The notes under the pieces were generated by a model that saw nothing but the letters and a program-made list of their open reading frames with translations, searched no databases and was not told where the DNA came from. Both the position numbers and the translations under genes were made by a program. Positions 39,968 through 55,462 of a stretch of 64,000 nt of DNA are shown in pieces (the stretch's first letter is position 1; each line of letters begins with the position of its first letter). Origin of the DNA: an uncultured Verrucomicrobiae bacterium (GTDB lineage: Bacteria; Verrucomicrobiota; Verrucomicrobiia; Chthoniobacterales; UBA10450); assembly GCA_963792775.1 (NCBI GenBank), contig CAWBXU010000015.1, positions 263-64,262 of the forward strand, in the 5' to 3' direction.

Positions 39968-40050
39968 CTGGGGAGGACGGGCTGGTAGCCCGTCGCGCTT
40001 GGGCGAGTCTCGCCCAAGGCCGTTTGCGGGGAGCGCAACTTGTGGAGGCA
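39968..40050. repeat. Half-element of the same family (GGGGAG head plus two hairpins, then a second GGGGAG-hairpin unit)
   Basis: It reads CTGGGGAG GACGGGCT-ggt-AGCCCGTC gcg CTTGGGCGAG-t-CTCGCCCAAG gcc, then CGGGGAGCGC AACTTG-tggagg-CAAGTT. The first 53 nt align with the reverse complement of 60661-60714, with compensatory stem changes. Confidence 0.7.
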
Positions 40051-40470
40051 AGTTTCCGTCATCGTGATTCCGGAGGCCGGGAGCGCTCGTGGACTGACCG
40101 TCGCAGGTTCCGAAAAGGCCGTTTCGATTTTCGCGAAGACCGGGAGAGCAATCGTAAAGGCCGAAGCGATTGATCGGACGGCCTTGTCAGGAGTTCTTCA
40201 GGTCAGATTTACGATCGCGACGGTCTTGTTTTCGTTCCGGCGGCCTTCTCGCTGAGATCGACGGCCTTATTTCCCGAGGCGAAAGGCCGTTCCCTCGCCG
40301 ACCCGCCCACGGCGCCATCGGGCCGGTCGAGAGCTCGGCCAGTGAAGGCGATGTTTCATTCTTGACAGAAGCCAGCGAAATCGAAAAGCCTCTCGGCCAT
40401 TCCTCCTTTAGGCGACGCGTTTTTGCAGCAGATGAGCAACAGATGCACAAAGCAGGAACAGATCTACGCC

Positions 40471-41232
40471 ATGAACCTTAGAAAACGCAGCTACTCGCAG
40501 TCAGTCATCCCCCTTCTCTTCGCGGCCCTCGCGGTCGCGCTTAGTTTCTCGTTAGGCAGCTCCACCGCGCAGGGTGAACTGCTTTTCTCCGATAGCTTCC
40601 AATATACCCCTGGTCCGCTCGACGGGGATGGTCCGCCGGCCGGTGCCCCTCCGGGTCAATCGGGCTGGAGCATTCTCTCGGGCCAGCCGCAGGTCACCCC
40701 GATTGGGTTGCACTTGAAGAGTCTGTTCTACGCCGGGGGAGCCATCTCGCTCAATGATTTCGCTGTCGCGCAGACGGCGGTGGCGAGTCTCAGGCCGGTG
40801 ACGAGCGGCGTCGTCTGGATCGGCTTTCTCATCCGTAACGTGAGTGGCGGAGATGACGGCTACGCCGTGCTCAATCTCACCGCGGGCACGGGGACGACCG
40901 GTTTCCCCGGCTACGGGGTGCTCGACGCCCACCGGCTTTTCGGGATCGATAACGATACCGGGCGGCCGCGGAGTCAGGCGTTCACCACCATCCCGCCCAG
41001 CACGGACACAACCTGGGTGGTGATAAAGTTGAATTTCAGCCGCGGAAGCCAGGAGCTTTTCATCAACCCAAGATCTCAGAACGCCTCGCCGGATGCGGTC
41101 TTGAGGATGACGCCCGATTTCCAGACGAACGGCTTCAGCGACATGCGCCTGAACGAGGGCTTCAACGGCGGCGTCTTCAACTTCGACGAGCTGCGGGTGG
41201 CGACGACTTTCGACGAGATTCGGATTCCATAG
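40471..41232 (+). CDS. Secreted hypothetical protein (possible jelly-roll/LamG-like fold)
   Basis: ATG 40471 gives signal peptide MNLRKRSYSQSVIPLLFAALAVALSFSLGSSTAQG. The protein is beta-rich and ends ..FNFDELRVATTFDEIRIP. No motif that I can assign. Confidence 0.45.
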   Translation: MNLRKRSYSQSVIPLLFAALAVALSFSLGSSTAQGELLFSDSFQYTPGPLDGDGPPAGAPPGQSGWSILSGQPQVTPIGLHLKSLFYAGGAISLNDFAVAQTAVASLRPVTSGVVWIGFLIRNVSGGDDGYAVLNLTAGTGTTGFPGYGVLDAHRLFGIDNDTGRPRSQAFTTIPPSTDTTWVVIKLNFSRGSQELFINPRSQNASPDAVLRMTPDFQTNGFSDMRLNEGFNGGVFNFDELRVATTFDEIRIP

Positions 41233-41238
41233 AAACCT

Positions 41239-41967
41239 TCAGCTCTTCGAGAGGACGACTGCCAGCCGGACGGAATCGCCGGACTTGCCGATGTAATAGA
41301 GGGCCACGCCGCCGGAGCCGCTGACCGGGTAGAGCAGGTAGGGTACGCCTTTGATCGTGACGGGATTAGCGGTGTCGATTGAGGCTGGCTGCGAGCGATC
41401 GTAGGAGACGACGGAACGGTAATCGCGTCGATCGAAGATGGTGGTGCTGTCGTCGGGGCGGCCTTGTCCGCGATAGGTCGCCGCGCTGGTGTAGGAATCG
41501 ACCAGGATCGGCTCGACGATGTCTTCGCCGGCGTCACGCCGAAGCCGGAAGGTGATCTCCTGGGACGCCCCGCCCCATTGGCTGAGATTAACAGGGTGCC
41601 CGTAAGCGACGTCGAAGACGCGGACATTTTCGCCTAACGAGGCCTCATGACGGGCAGGAGCTGGATTTTTCGCCGCCGGCTGCGACTGCTCCGTAAAGGC
41701 AGCGGCTTCGGCCGGCGACAAGGCGAGATTCGGATCCTGCAGGTTCCGGACGAGCGTTTCATCGGCTCCCTGGGCTTTGAGGGTATTCACCTGCGGAGCG
41801 GTCAGCGGGTGAAGTAGCTTGCGGTCGCGGACCGCTTGCATGATCTCGGGATTGCTTTCGTGCGCGCGGACGAGGAGCGAGACTTCGCTGAATTCAATCG
41901 GGCGGCCGGAGGCGGGGAGAAGGCCGAGAAGGGCGAGCAGAAGGACGGCGGAGAGTTTGCGTTTCAT
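41239..41967 (-). CDS. Secreted hypothetical protein
   Basis: 242 aa with signal peptide MKRKLSAVLLLALLGLLPASG. Coding-like composition, and it contains the genomic word as S-L-G. No recognisable family. Confidence 0.45.
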   Translation of the reverse strand: MKRKLSAVLLLALLGLLPASGRPIEFSEVSLLVRAHESNPEIMQAVRDRKLLHPLTAPQVNTLKAQGADETLVRNLQDPNLALSPAEAAAFTEQSQPAAKNPAPARHEASLGENVRVFDVAYGHPVNLSQWGGASQEITFRLRRDAGEDIVEPILVDSYTSAATYRGQGRPDDSTTIFDRRDYRSVVSYDRSQPASIDTANPVTIKGVPYLLYPVSGSGGVALYYIGKSGDSVRLAVVLSKS

Positions 41968-41997
41968 GCCCTAGTTTTATCAAATCGCCCGACTCTT

Positions 41998-42025
41998 TTG
42001 ACAACTCGCGAAATGCCGCTAGTTT
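41998..42025 (+). promoter_or_regulatory. Candidate sigma70-type promoter for the rplA operon
   Basis: TTGACA (41998-42003), a 16-nt spacer, then TAGTTT (42020-42025). This is about 70 nt upstream of the rplA ATG. A perfect hairpin GTCCCCCA/TGGGGGAC at about 42036-42053 lies in the leader. This is a pattern match only. Confidence 0.3.
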
Positions 42026-42095
42026 CCACGTCCCGCGTCCCCCAATGGGGGACCCATCAGGAGAGTCACCCGACTCGTTCGCACTGAAAATCATC

Positions 42096-42797
42096 ATGCA
42101 AAAAAATCGTAGCAAACGTTATCGCGCGGCCGCCGAGCTGGTGGATCGCAACAAGACTTACAGCTTCGCCGACGCGGTCTCGACGCTGAAGAAGCTTCCG
42201 CCGACGAAGTTCGACCAGACGGTGACGATGTCGTTCCGTCTCGGCGTCGATCCGAAGCAATCCGACCAGATGGTGCGCGGAACCTGCCCGCTTCCGCACG
42301 GCAGCGGCAAACAGGTGCGCGTGCTCGTTTTCGCGCAAGGCGCGGCGGCGACTGCGGCCAAGAATGCCGGCGCGGAGTTTGTCGGCTTCAAGGATATGAT
42401 CAAGAAATGCCAGGAAGGTTTCCAGGATTTCGATGTCGCGATCGCGACGCCGGGCGCGATGGCGGAAGTGCGCAAGCTCGGCAAGGTGCTCGGGCCGCGC
42501 GGGCTCATGCCGAATCCGAAGACCGGCACGGTGACCGAAGACACGGCGAAGGCCGTCGCGGAAGTGAAGGCCGGCCGCGTGGAATTCAAGCTCGACAAGA
42601 ATGGCAACGTCGCGGTGCCGGTCGGAAAATTTTCCTTCGCCGAAAACCAGCTGGTGGAAAACGGCACAGCGATCATCGAAGCGGTGGTGAAAGCCCGTCC
42701 GGCCACGGCCAAGGGCCGTTTTGTCGAAGCCATGACCCTCGCGGCGACGATGTCGCCCGGGTTGCCAGTCGATCCGTCGCCTTATCTCACCGTTTAG
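42096..42797 (+). CDS. rplA: 50S ribosomal protein L1
   Basis: 233 aa from ATG 42096. KRYRAAAELVDRNKTYSFADAV, KFDQTVTMSFRLGVDPKQSDQMVRG and LGPRGLMPNPKTGTVT match the L1 family. Confidence 0.9.
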   Translation: MQKNRSKRYRAAAELVDRNKTYSFADAVSTLKKLPPTKFDQTVTMSFRLGVDPKQSDQMVRGTCPLPHGSGKQVRVLVFAQGAAATAAKNAGAEFVGFKDMIKKCQEGFQDFDVAIATPGAMAEVRKLGKVLGPRGLMPNPKTGTVTEDTAKAVAEVKAGRVEFKLDKNGNVAVPVGKFSFAENQLVENGTAIIEAVVKARPATAKGRFVEAMTLAATMSPGLPVDPSPYLTV

Positions 42798-42809
42798 ATT
42801 TTCCTCAAT

Positions 42810-43350
42810 ATGAGACCTGAAAAAGCCAACATCGTTTCGGACTTGTCCGAGAAGCTCAACAGCTCGCCTTTCCTGCTCGTGACCGATTACCAGCGGATGA
42901 AGGTCGACCAGTTCGGCGAGCTGCGGAATCGCCTCGCCCCGACCGGCGCGGAAGTGCACGTGGTCAAGAACAGCTTCCTCAAGCGCGCCATGGCGGCCAG
43001 CGGCCTGCCCGATGTCGCGAAGGAATTGAGCGGCCAGACGGCGGTCGTGACGGGCAAGAGCGACGTCGCGCCGGTCGCGAAGGTGCTGAAGACTTTTGCC
43101 GCGGAGTTCAAGATCGCGACGCTCAAGATCGGCGTGGTCGACAAGAGCGTGCTCTCGATCGCCGAGGTGGAGATCGCTGGCCGACTTCCCGTCGCGCGAA
43201 GTCCTGCTCGCGCAGCTCCTCGGCATGCTGATGGCGCCGGCGACGAAGCTGGTCCGCGTCCTGAACGAACCGGCCGCGGCGCTCGCCCGACTTTTGCAGG
43301 CCAAAGCCGAGAAGGAAGGCAAACCGGCGGAGGCGGCGGCAGCAGCCTAA
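42810..43350 (+). CDS. rplJ: 50S ribosomal protein L10; frame change near 43176
   Basis: [42 protein letters not shown].. is read in the first frame up to ..[53 protein letters not shown] is in the frame of ORF 43096-43350. The stop TAA 43348-43350 lies inside GCCTAACG. Confidence 0.85.
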
Positions 43351-43360
43351 CGCCTAACGA
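43345..43360 (+). repeat. Two overlapping copies of the genomic word (GCCTAACGCCTAACGA) at the rplJ stop
   Basis: Read directly. The first copy supplies the rplJ TAA and the second follows with an 8-nt period. Confidence 0.8.
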
Positions 43361-43481
43361 ATTTCGTCCGGCGCAGCCTGCGTGGACGGCTAACCAACAA
43401 ACAAACAACTGTCCGGACTCGGCGGCTGCCGGTCGTAATTTCCCGAAGGCTTTCGGGAGCGGCAATCGGAGGATAAATAAA

Positions 43482-43868
43482 ATGGCAGATACAAACGCAA
43501 TCGTGGAGCAACTCAGCGGCTTGACCGTTCTCGAGGTTGCTGGACTGGTGAAGCAACTCGAAGAGAAATGGGGCGTGAGCGCCGCGGCTCCGGTCGCGGC
43601 GGCCGCGCCGGCGGGCGGCGGCGGCGGTGCGGCCGCTCCGGCAGCCGAAGAGAAAACCACTTTCGACGTCATCCTCAAGGAAATGGGCGCGAACAAAATC
43701 GGCGTGATCAAGGAAGTGCGCGCCGCGGTCCCCGGCCTCGGCCTGGCGGAAGCCAAGGCTCTGGTCGAGGGCGCGCCCAAGACGATGAAGGAAGGCGTGA
43801 CCAAGGAAGAAGCCGAAGAGATCAAGAAAAAGGTCGAAGCGGCCGGCGCCAAGGTCGAGATCAAGTAA
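43482..43868 (+). CDS. rplL: 50S ribosomal protein L7/L12
   Basis: 128 aa with an Ala/Gly hinge. It has [32 protein letters not shown] and [45 protein letters not shown] lies 10 nt upstream. Confidence 0.92.
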   Translation: MADTNAIVEQLSGLTVLEVAGLVKQLEEKWGVSAAAPVAAAAPAGGGGGAAAPAAEEKTTFDVILKEMGANKIGVIKEVRAAVPGLGLAEAKALVEGAPKTMKEGVTKEEAEEIKKKVEAAGAKVEIK

Positions 43869-44006
43869 TTTCCACGCCAGCGGCGGGCGCAGCGCTTTGC
43901 GAAAAAGCGCTTGCGCCCTCCGGCTGGCGGTGGATACTAGCAATCCCGCTTTTCCAGCTACACCAGTCTCCCGATTTATTTTTACCCGCGCTCGACGGCT
44001 TAATCC

Positions 44007-44059
44007 AAGATTAGCGACAAAACAGCGGAGGTCACGTTGACCGACCGTTGTTTTGCTGC
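44007..44059 (+). terminator. Candidate rplL-rpoB attenuator or partial terminator
   Basis: An imperfect long hairpin, ACAAAACAGCGG..(GGTCA-cgt-TGACC)..ACCGTTGTTTTG, is followed by a T7 run at 44053-44059. The position is analogous to the known E. coli rplL-rpoB attenuator. Confidence 0.4.
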
Positions 44060-44166
44060 TACTTTTTTTGCCCGCGATTCCCGGCTGATCCTTTGATATT
44101 CAGCCTCCGCACGACCTGTATCCAGGGTCGTTGCCGGTATTTAACCATTGGAGATTGGTGATTGTT

Positions 44167-47974
<3,808 letters not shown>

Positions 47975-47995
47975 CGAAAAGCAAGAAGATTTCTA

Positions 47996-48078
47996 AGGAA
48001 CGCAGGAAAGCAGGAATGGTCAGGAGGAAGAAGTGGATTTCTCAAAGTCCATCTCTCTTCCTGTTTTTCTGCGTTCCT
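47996..48078 (+). other. Long stem-loop in the rpoB-rpoC spacer (possible RNA processing site)
   Basis: AGGAACGCAGGAAAGCAGGA (47996-48015) pairs with TCCTGTTTTTCTGCGTTCCT (48059-48078). This gives 18 Watson-Crick pairs plus 2 G-U pairs, the latter valid only in the + sense RNA. The region is locally AT-rich. Confidence 0.5.
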
Positions 48079-48109
48079 CAGCGCTAGAGAATTTTTAGAA
48101 GACAATTTT

Positions 48110-52234
<4,125 letters not shown>

Positions 52235-52259
52235 CGAACCCGCAACCAATGTTAACCGC

Positions 52260-52295
52260 GAGAGCCGCAACGAAAGTTGCGGCTCTCATTTTTTA
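52260..52295 (+). terminator. Rho-independent terminator after rpoC
   Basis: GAGAGCCGCAAC-gaaa-GTTGCGGCTCTC is a 12-bp perfect stem with a GNRA loop, followed by ATTTTTTAAAA. It ends 5 nt before the next ATG. Confidence 0.75.
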
Positions 52296-52299
52296 AAAG

Positions 52300-52863
52300 A
52301 TGTCGATCGCAACTAAGACCGGTGACGCCGGTGAAACTTCGCTCATGTATGGCCGGCGGGTGCCAAAGACCGATCACCGGGTTGATGCCTACGGCTGTGT
52401 TGATGAAGTGAATTCCGCGCTCGGCCTTGTCCGCGCCACGACCGGCTCCGGGCCAATCGCGGAACAGATTCTCGCGATTCAAAAAGAGCTCGTCACTGTG
52501 ATGGGCGAACTCGCGACCGCGCCGCAGGATCTCGCGCGCTACGAAAAGGACGGCTTCGCCCTAACGACATCCGCGATGGTCGATCGCCTAACGAGCGCAA
52601 TCGACGAACTGGAGAAAGATAAAACGCTTTACGGCAAAGGCTGGGCCATGCCTGGCAACACACCGCTCGGAGCCGCCCTTGATCTCGCGCGTACCACCTG
52701 CCGCCGCGCCGAACGCCGCGTCGCGGCGCTCGACGTCGCCGAGCATTCCAACGCCGAAATCCTCCGCTACCTCAACCGCCTCTCCGATCTCTGCTGGCTC
52801 CTCGCGCGTTTCGTTGAGAAAAACGACCACCGCATCGGCCTGAACCCTGGCGCGCCGGAATGA
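52300..52863 (+). CDS. PduO-type ATP:cob(I)alamin adenosyltransferase
   Basis: 187 aa. The N-terminus TKTGDAGETSLMYGRRVPKTDHRVDAYGCVDEVNSALG and RLSDLCWLLAR are typical of the PduO/MMAB family. Confidence 0.85.
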   Translation: MSIATKTGDAGETSLMYGRRVPKTDHRVDAYGCVDEVNSALGLVRATTGSGPIAEQILAIQKELVTVMGELATAPQDLARYEKDGFALTTSAMVDRLTSAIDELEKDKTLYGKGWAMPGNTPLGAALDLARTTCRRAERRVAALDVAEHSNAEILRYLNRLSDLCWLLARFVEKNDHRIGLNPGAPE

Positions 52864-53642
52864 CCCTTGCCGAGCACGAAATCGTCGATCTCCCCACGCC
52901 CACTGGGCCGATGCGCACGCACATCGTGCGCCCCGCCGCGGAAGGACGCTATCCAGGTCTCCTGCTTTTCTCGGAGATTTTTCAGGTCACTGGCCCGATC
53001 CGGCGGACGGCGGCGCTGCTCGCCGGGCACGGATTTCTCGTCGCGGTGCCGGAGATTTACCATGAATACGAACCCGCCGGCACCGTCCTCGCCTACGACG
53101 ATGCGGGAGCGAAACGGGGCAATGCTCTGAAGACCACGAAGCCGCTCGACGCCTACGATGCCGATGCGCAAGTGGCTTTGAAATACCTGAGCGAACATCC
53201 CGCTTCGACCGGTCGGCTCGGTGTCATGGGCATCTGCATCGGCGGTCATCTCGCCTTCCGCGCGGCGATGAATCCCGCCGTGCTCGCCGCGGCTTGCTTC
53301 TACGCCACCGACATCCACACGCGCAGTCTCGGTGCGGGCATGAAGGACAACACGCTCGACCGCATTGGCGAGATTGCTGGTGAAATGCTCATGGTCTGGG
53401 GTCGCCAGGACCCGCACGTGCCACTAGAGGGGCGCTTGAAAATCCATGCTGCGCTGGAAGCGGCCGGCACGCTTTTTCAATGGCACGAGTTTAATGCCGC
53501 CCACGCCTTTCTGCGCGACGAAGGCCCGCGCTACAACCCGGTGCTCGCTCAACAGGGCTATGCGCTCGCGCTGGAGATGTTTCAGCGCCGACTGTCGGAG
53601 GGCGATGTCATGGTCGCCAAACCGGCGGACCGGCTTCTTTGA
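52860..53642 (+). CDS. Dienelactone hydrolase family protein
   Basis: 260 aa. It has GLLLFSEIFQVTGPIRRTAALLAGHGFLVAVPEIYH and the nucleophile elbow GVMGICIGGHLAF. ATGA overlap with the previous gene. Confidence 0.75.
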   Translation: MTLAEHEIVDLPTPTGPMRTHIVRPAAEGRYPGLLLFSEIFQVTGPIRRTAALLAGHGFLVAVPEIYHEYEPAGTVLAYDDAGAKRGNALKTTKPLDAYDADAQVALKYLSEHPASTGRLGVMGICIGGHLAFRAAMNPAVLAAACFYATDIHTRSLGAGMKDNTLDRIGEIAGEMLMVWGRQDPHVPLEGRLKIHAALEAAGTLFQWHEFNAAHAFLRDEGPRYNPVLAQQGYALALEMFQRRLSEGDVMVAKPADRLL

Positions 53643-53721
53643 TTTTTTGCTCCGAGAAGCGCCCTTGTATCGCGTGGTCGGCTTGGTTTTGTCCGCTCAC
53701 GGTCACTGGGCTGCGCGTGAT

Positions 53722-55402
53722 TTACTTCGGCACTTCATTGTCTTTGCCGAGATACTCCCAGCGTTGCAATGAGATCGGCACGTTGCCGTTCTTCCAGACG
53801 AAATCGTGAAACGCCTGCAGGTTGAATTTCTCTCCCTGTTGCAGCCGCGCTTCGGCGAGAAGCTTGGTGATCTGTAGTTTGCCGATTTGGTAGGTCAGCG
53901 CCTGGCCCGGCCCGGTCGAGAACGCAATCGCCTCGGAGCGCGCGGTCCCCGCATCCATCGGCACTTTCGACTCCAAATATTTCGCTGCCTGCTCGAGCGT
54001 GAACTCCCCGAGCGCCAGCCGCACATCCACTTCCACGCGGAGCGCGCGCAGCCGCATGAAATTGTAAATGATCTCGCGCGTGTGCGGGCTGTCGTCGAAA
54101 AGCCCGGCCTGCAGCATCATCTCCTCGGCGTAGAACCCGATCCCTTCGTTCGCGCCCGAGTCGTAGTAATGCCGCCGGATCGGGTCCTCGTGTTTCCAGG
54201 AAAGACAGAGCTGAAAATAATGGCCCGGGAATTCCTTCGTGCACCGTCAGCGGTCGCGGATCGGCTGCAGTCGCGCGCAGGAAATATCCGAGCTTCGGCG
54301 AAGGCGGCGGGACGTAACGAATGCAGTTCTCGTTCAAACGCGACGGCGAAGTGAAATCATCGAGCTCGGTGAATCCCTCCATCGCCGCGAGATACGGCGG
54401 CATCGCGCGAAAGGTGTAGTGCTGGAGCCAATCCGGCACGGTGAGAATCCCATGCGTTCCAAGGAAATCGCGGATCTGCTGCTCCTTCGCTGCCTCGTCG
54501 CGCTTCCAGCTCTCGATATCGGTCGCGAGCGCGAGCGGCGGCACGTTGCGATTTCGTTGCGCTTCGAAAGCTTCGAATGCCACCGCGCGATCCCATTCCT
54601 GTCGCCCCATTGCCAGCAACTCCTCCGGAGAATACGGATTGAGCGCCACGTTCTTCAGAAAGAACAGATAAGCCTCGCGGCCGAGCGAAGTTTGTTCGGG
54701 CAACGACGAGAGACGCTTCTGCAGGCCGGACTGAAATTTCTCGAGCGCGTCCGCCGCTCCCTTCGTCGCATCGTTCAACTCCGCCGCCGAGAGCGTCGTC
54801 GTCGGCTGCAGCGCGGTCGCCATTTGCTGGAGGCGCGGCCGAATCTTGTCGAGCGCGGCGATCGCCACACTCGCAAATGGCTTAGGCGGATTTGTTAGGT
54901 TCGCCATCCCGCTCTCGAGGATCGACGGGATGTTTGTAATGCGGGCGAGGATCTCGCGGCTGCGCGCTTCGTCATACGGACCCGGCACGGTCAGAGCTTC
55001 CACAACGGGCGTCAGCGTCTGCTCGAGGTAAAAATTCGGATCGCGTTTCCAGCGTGGATTCACGTCCAACTCCCAATGCACGCGGGCCAGCGCCGAACCG
55101 ATCAACCGATAGTCGACTTGCTGCGGGATCGGCCAATTGTTCGGATCGATCTCTTTCCAGCGCGCCTCGAACTTCGCGAGATCCGCATGCCGCTTTTCCA
55201 TCGATGCCGCCGACCAATCGCGTTTCCCGCCGGGCCGCTCCATCCGGTTCACATCGTCGCCCGAGAATGGCGCGTATTGCGCGCGCCAGGTCCAGAAATC
55301 CGCGGACAATTTTTGCAGCGGCTCGTCCGGCGCGGCCGCCGCCTGACAAAAGCCGGTCGCAGCGAAGAGAAGAGACGCGGCAAAGAGCGAGAAGCGATTC
55401 AT
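53722..55402 (-). CDS. Secreted DUF885-family protein; 1-nt insertion near 54225
   Basis: Signal peptide MNRFSLFAASLLFAATGFCQA. The family motif HEGIPGH-YFQL is split exactly at the frame change (cccgggcca versus cccggccat). The C-terminal 170 aa (..NEGIGFYAEEMMLQAGLFDD..) continue in ORF 53722-54120. Confidence 0.75.
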
Positions 55403-55462
55403 ATTGCCGGCAGACTAGCGAGCCCGCTCGGAAGACAGAGAAAAATCGCTTCGCCTAACGAA

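Noticed and set aside
42066-43322. Long antisense ORFs opposite clearly identified genes. Examples are 42066-43322(-), 44170-45309(-), 45248-46912(-), 49634-50422(-), 50477-51934(-), 55700-57400(+), 57599-58471(+), 35704-36585(-), 24990-25679(-), 26760-27473(-), 36872-37738(-) and 39140-40051(-).
   Set aside because: Each overlaps a gene with strong family motifs on the other strand (rplA/rplJ, rpoB, rpoC, ADOP, macB, sppA, thiL, BNR). Their products are Arg/Ala/Gly/Asp-rich low-complexity sequences, typical of shadow ORFs in GC-rich DNA.
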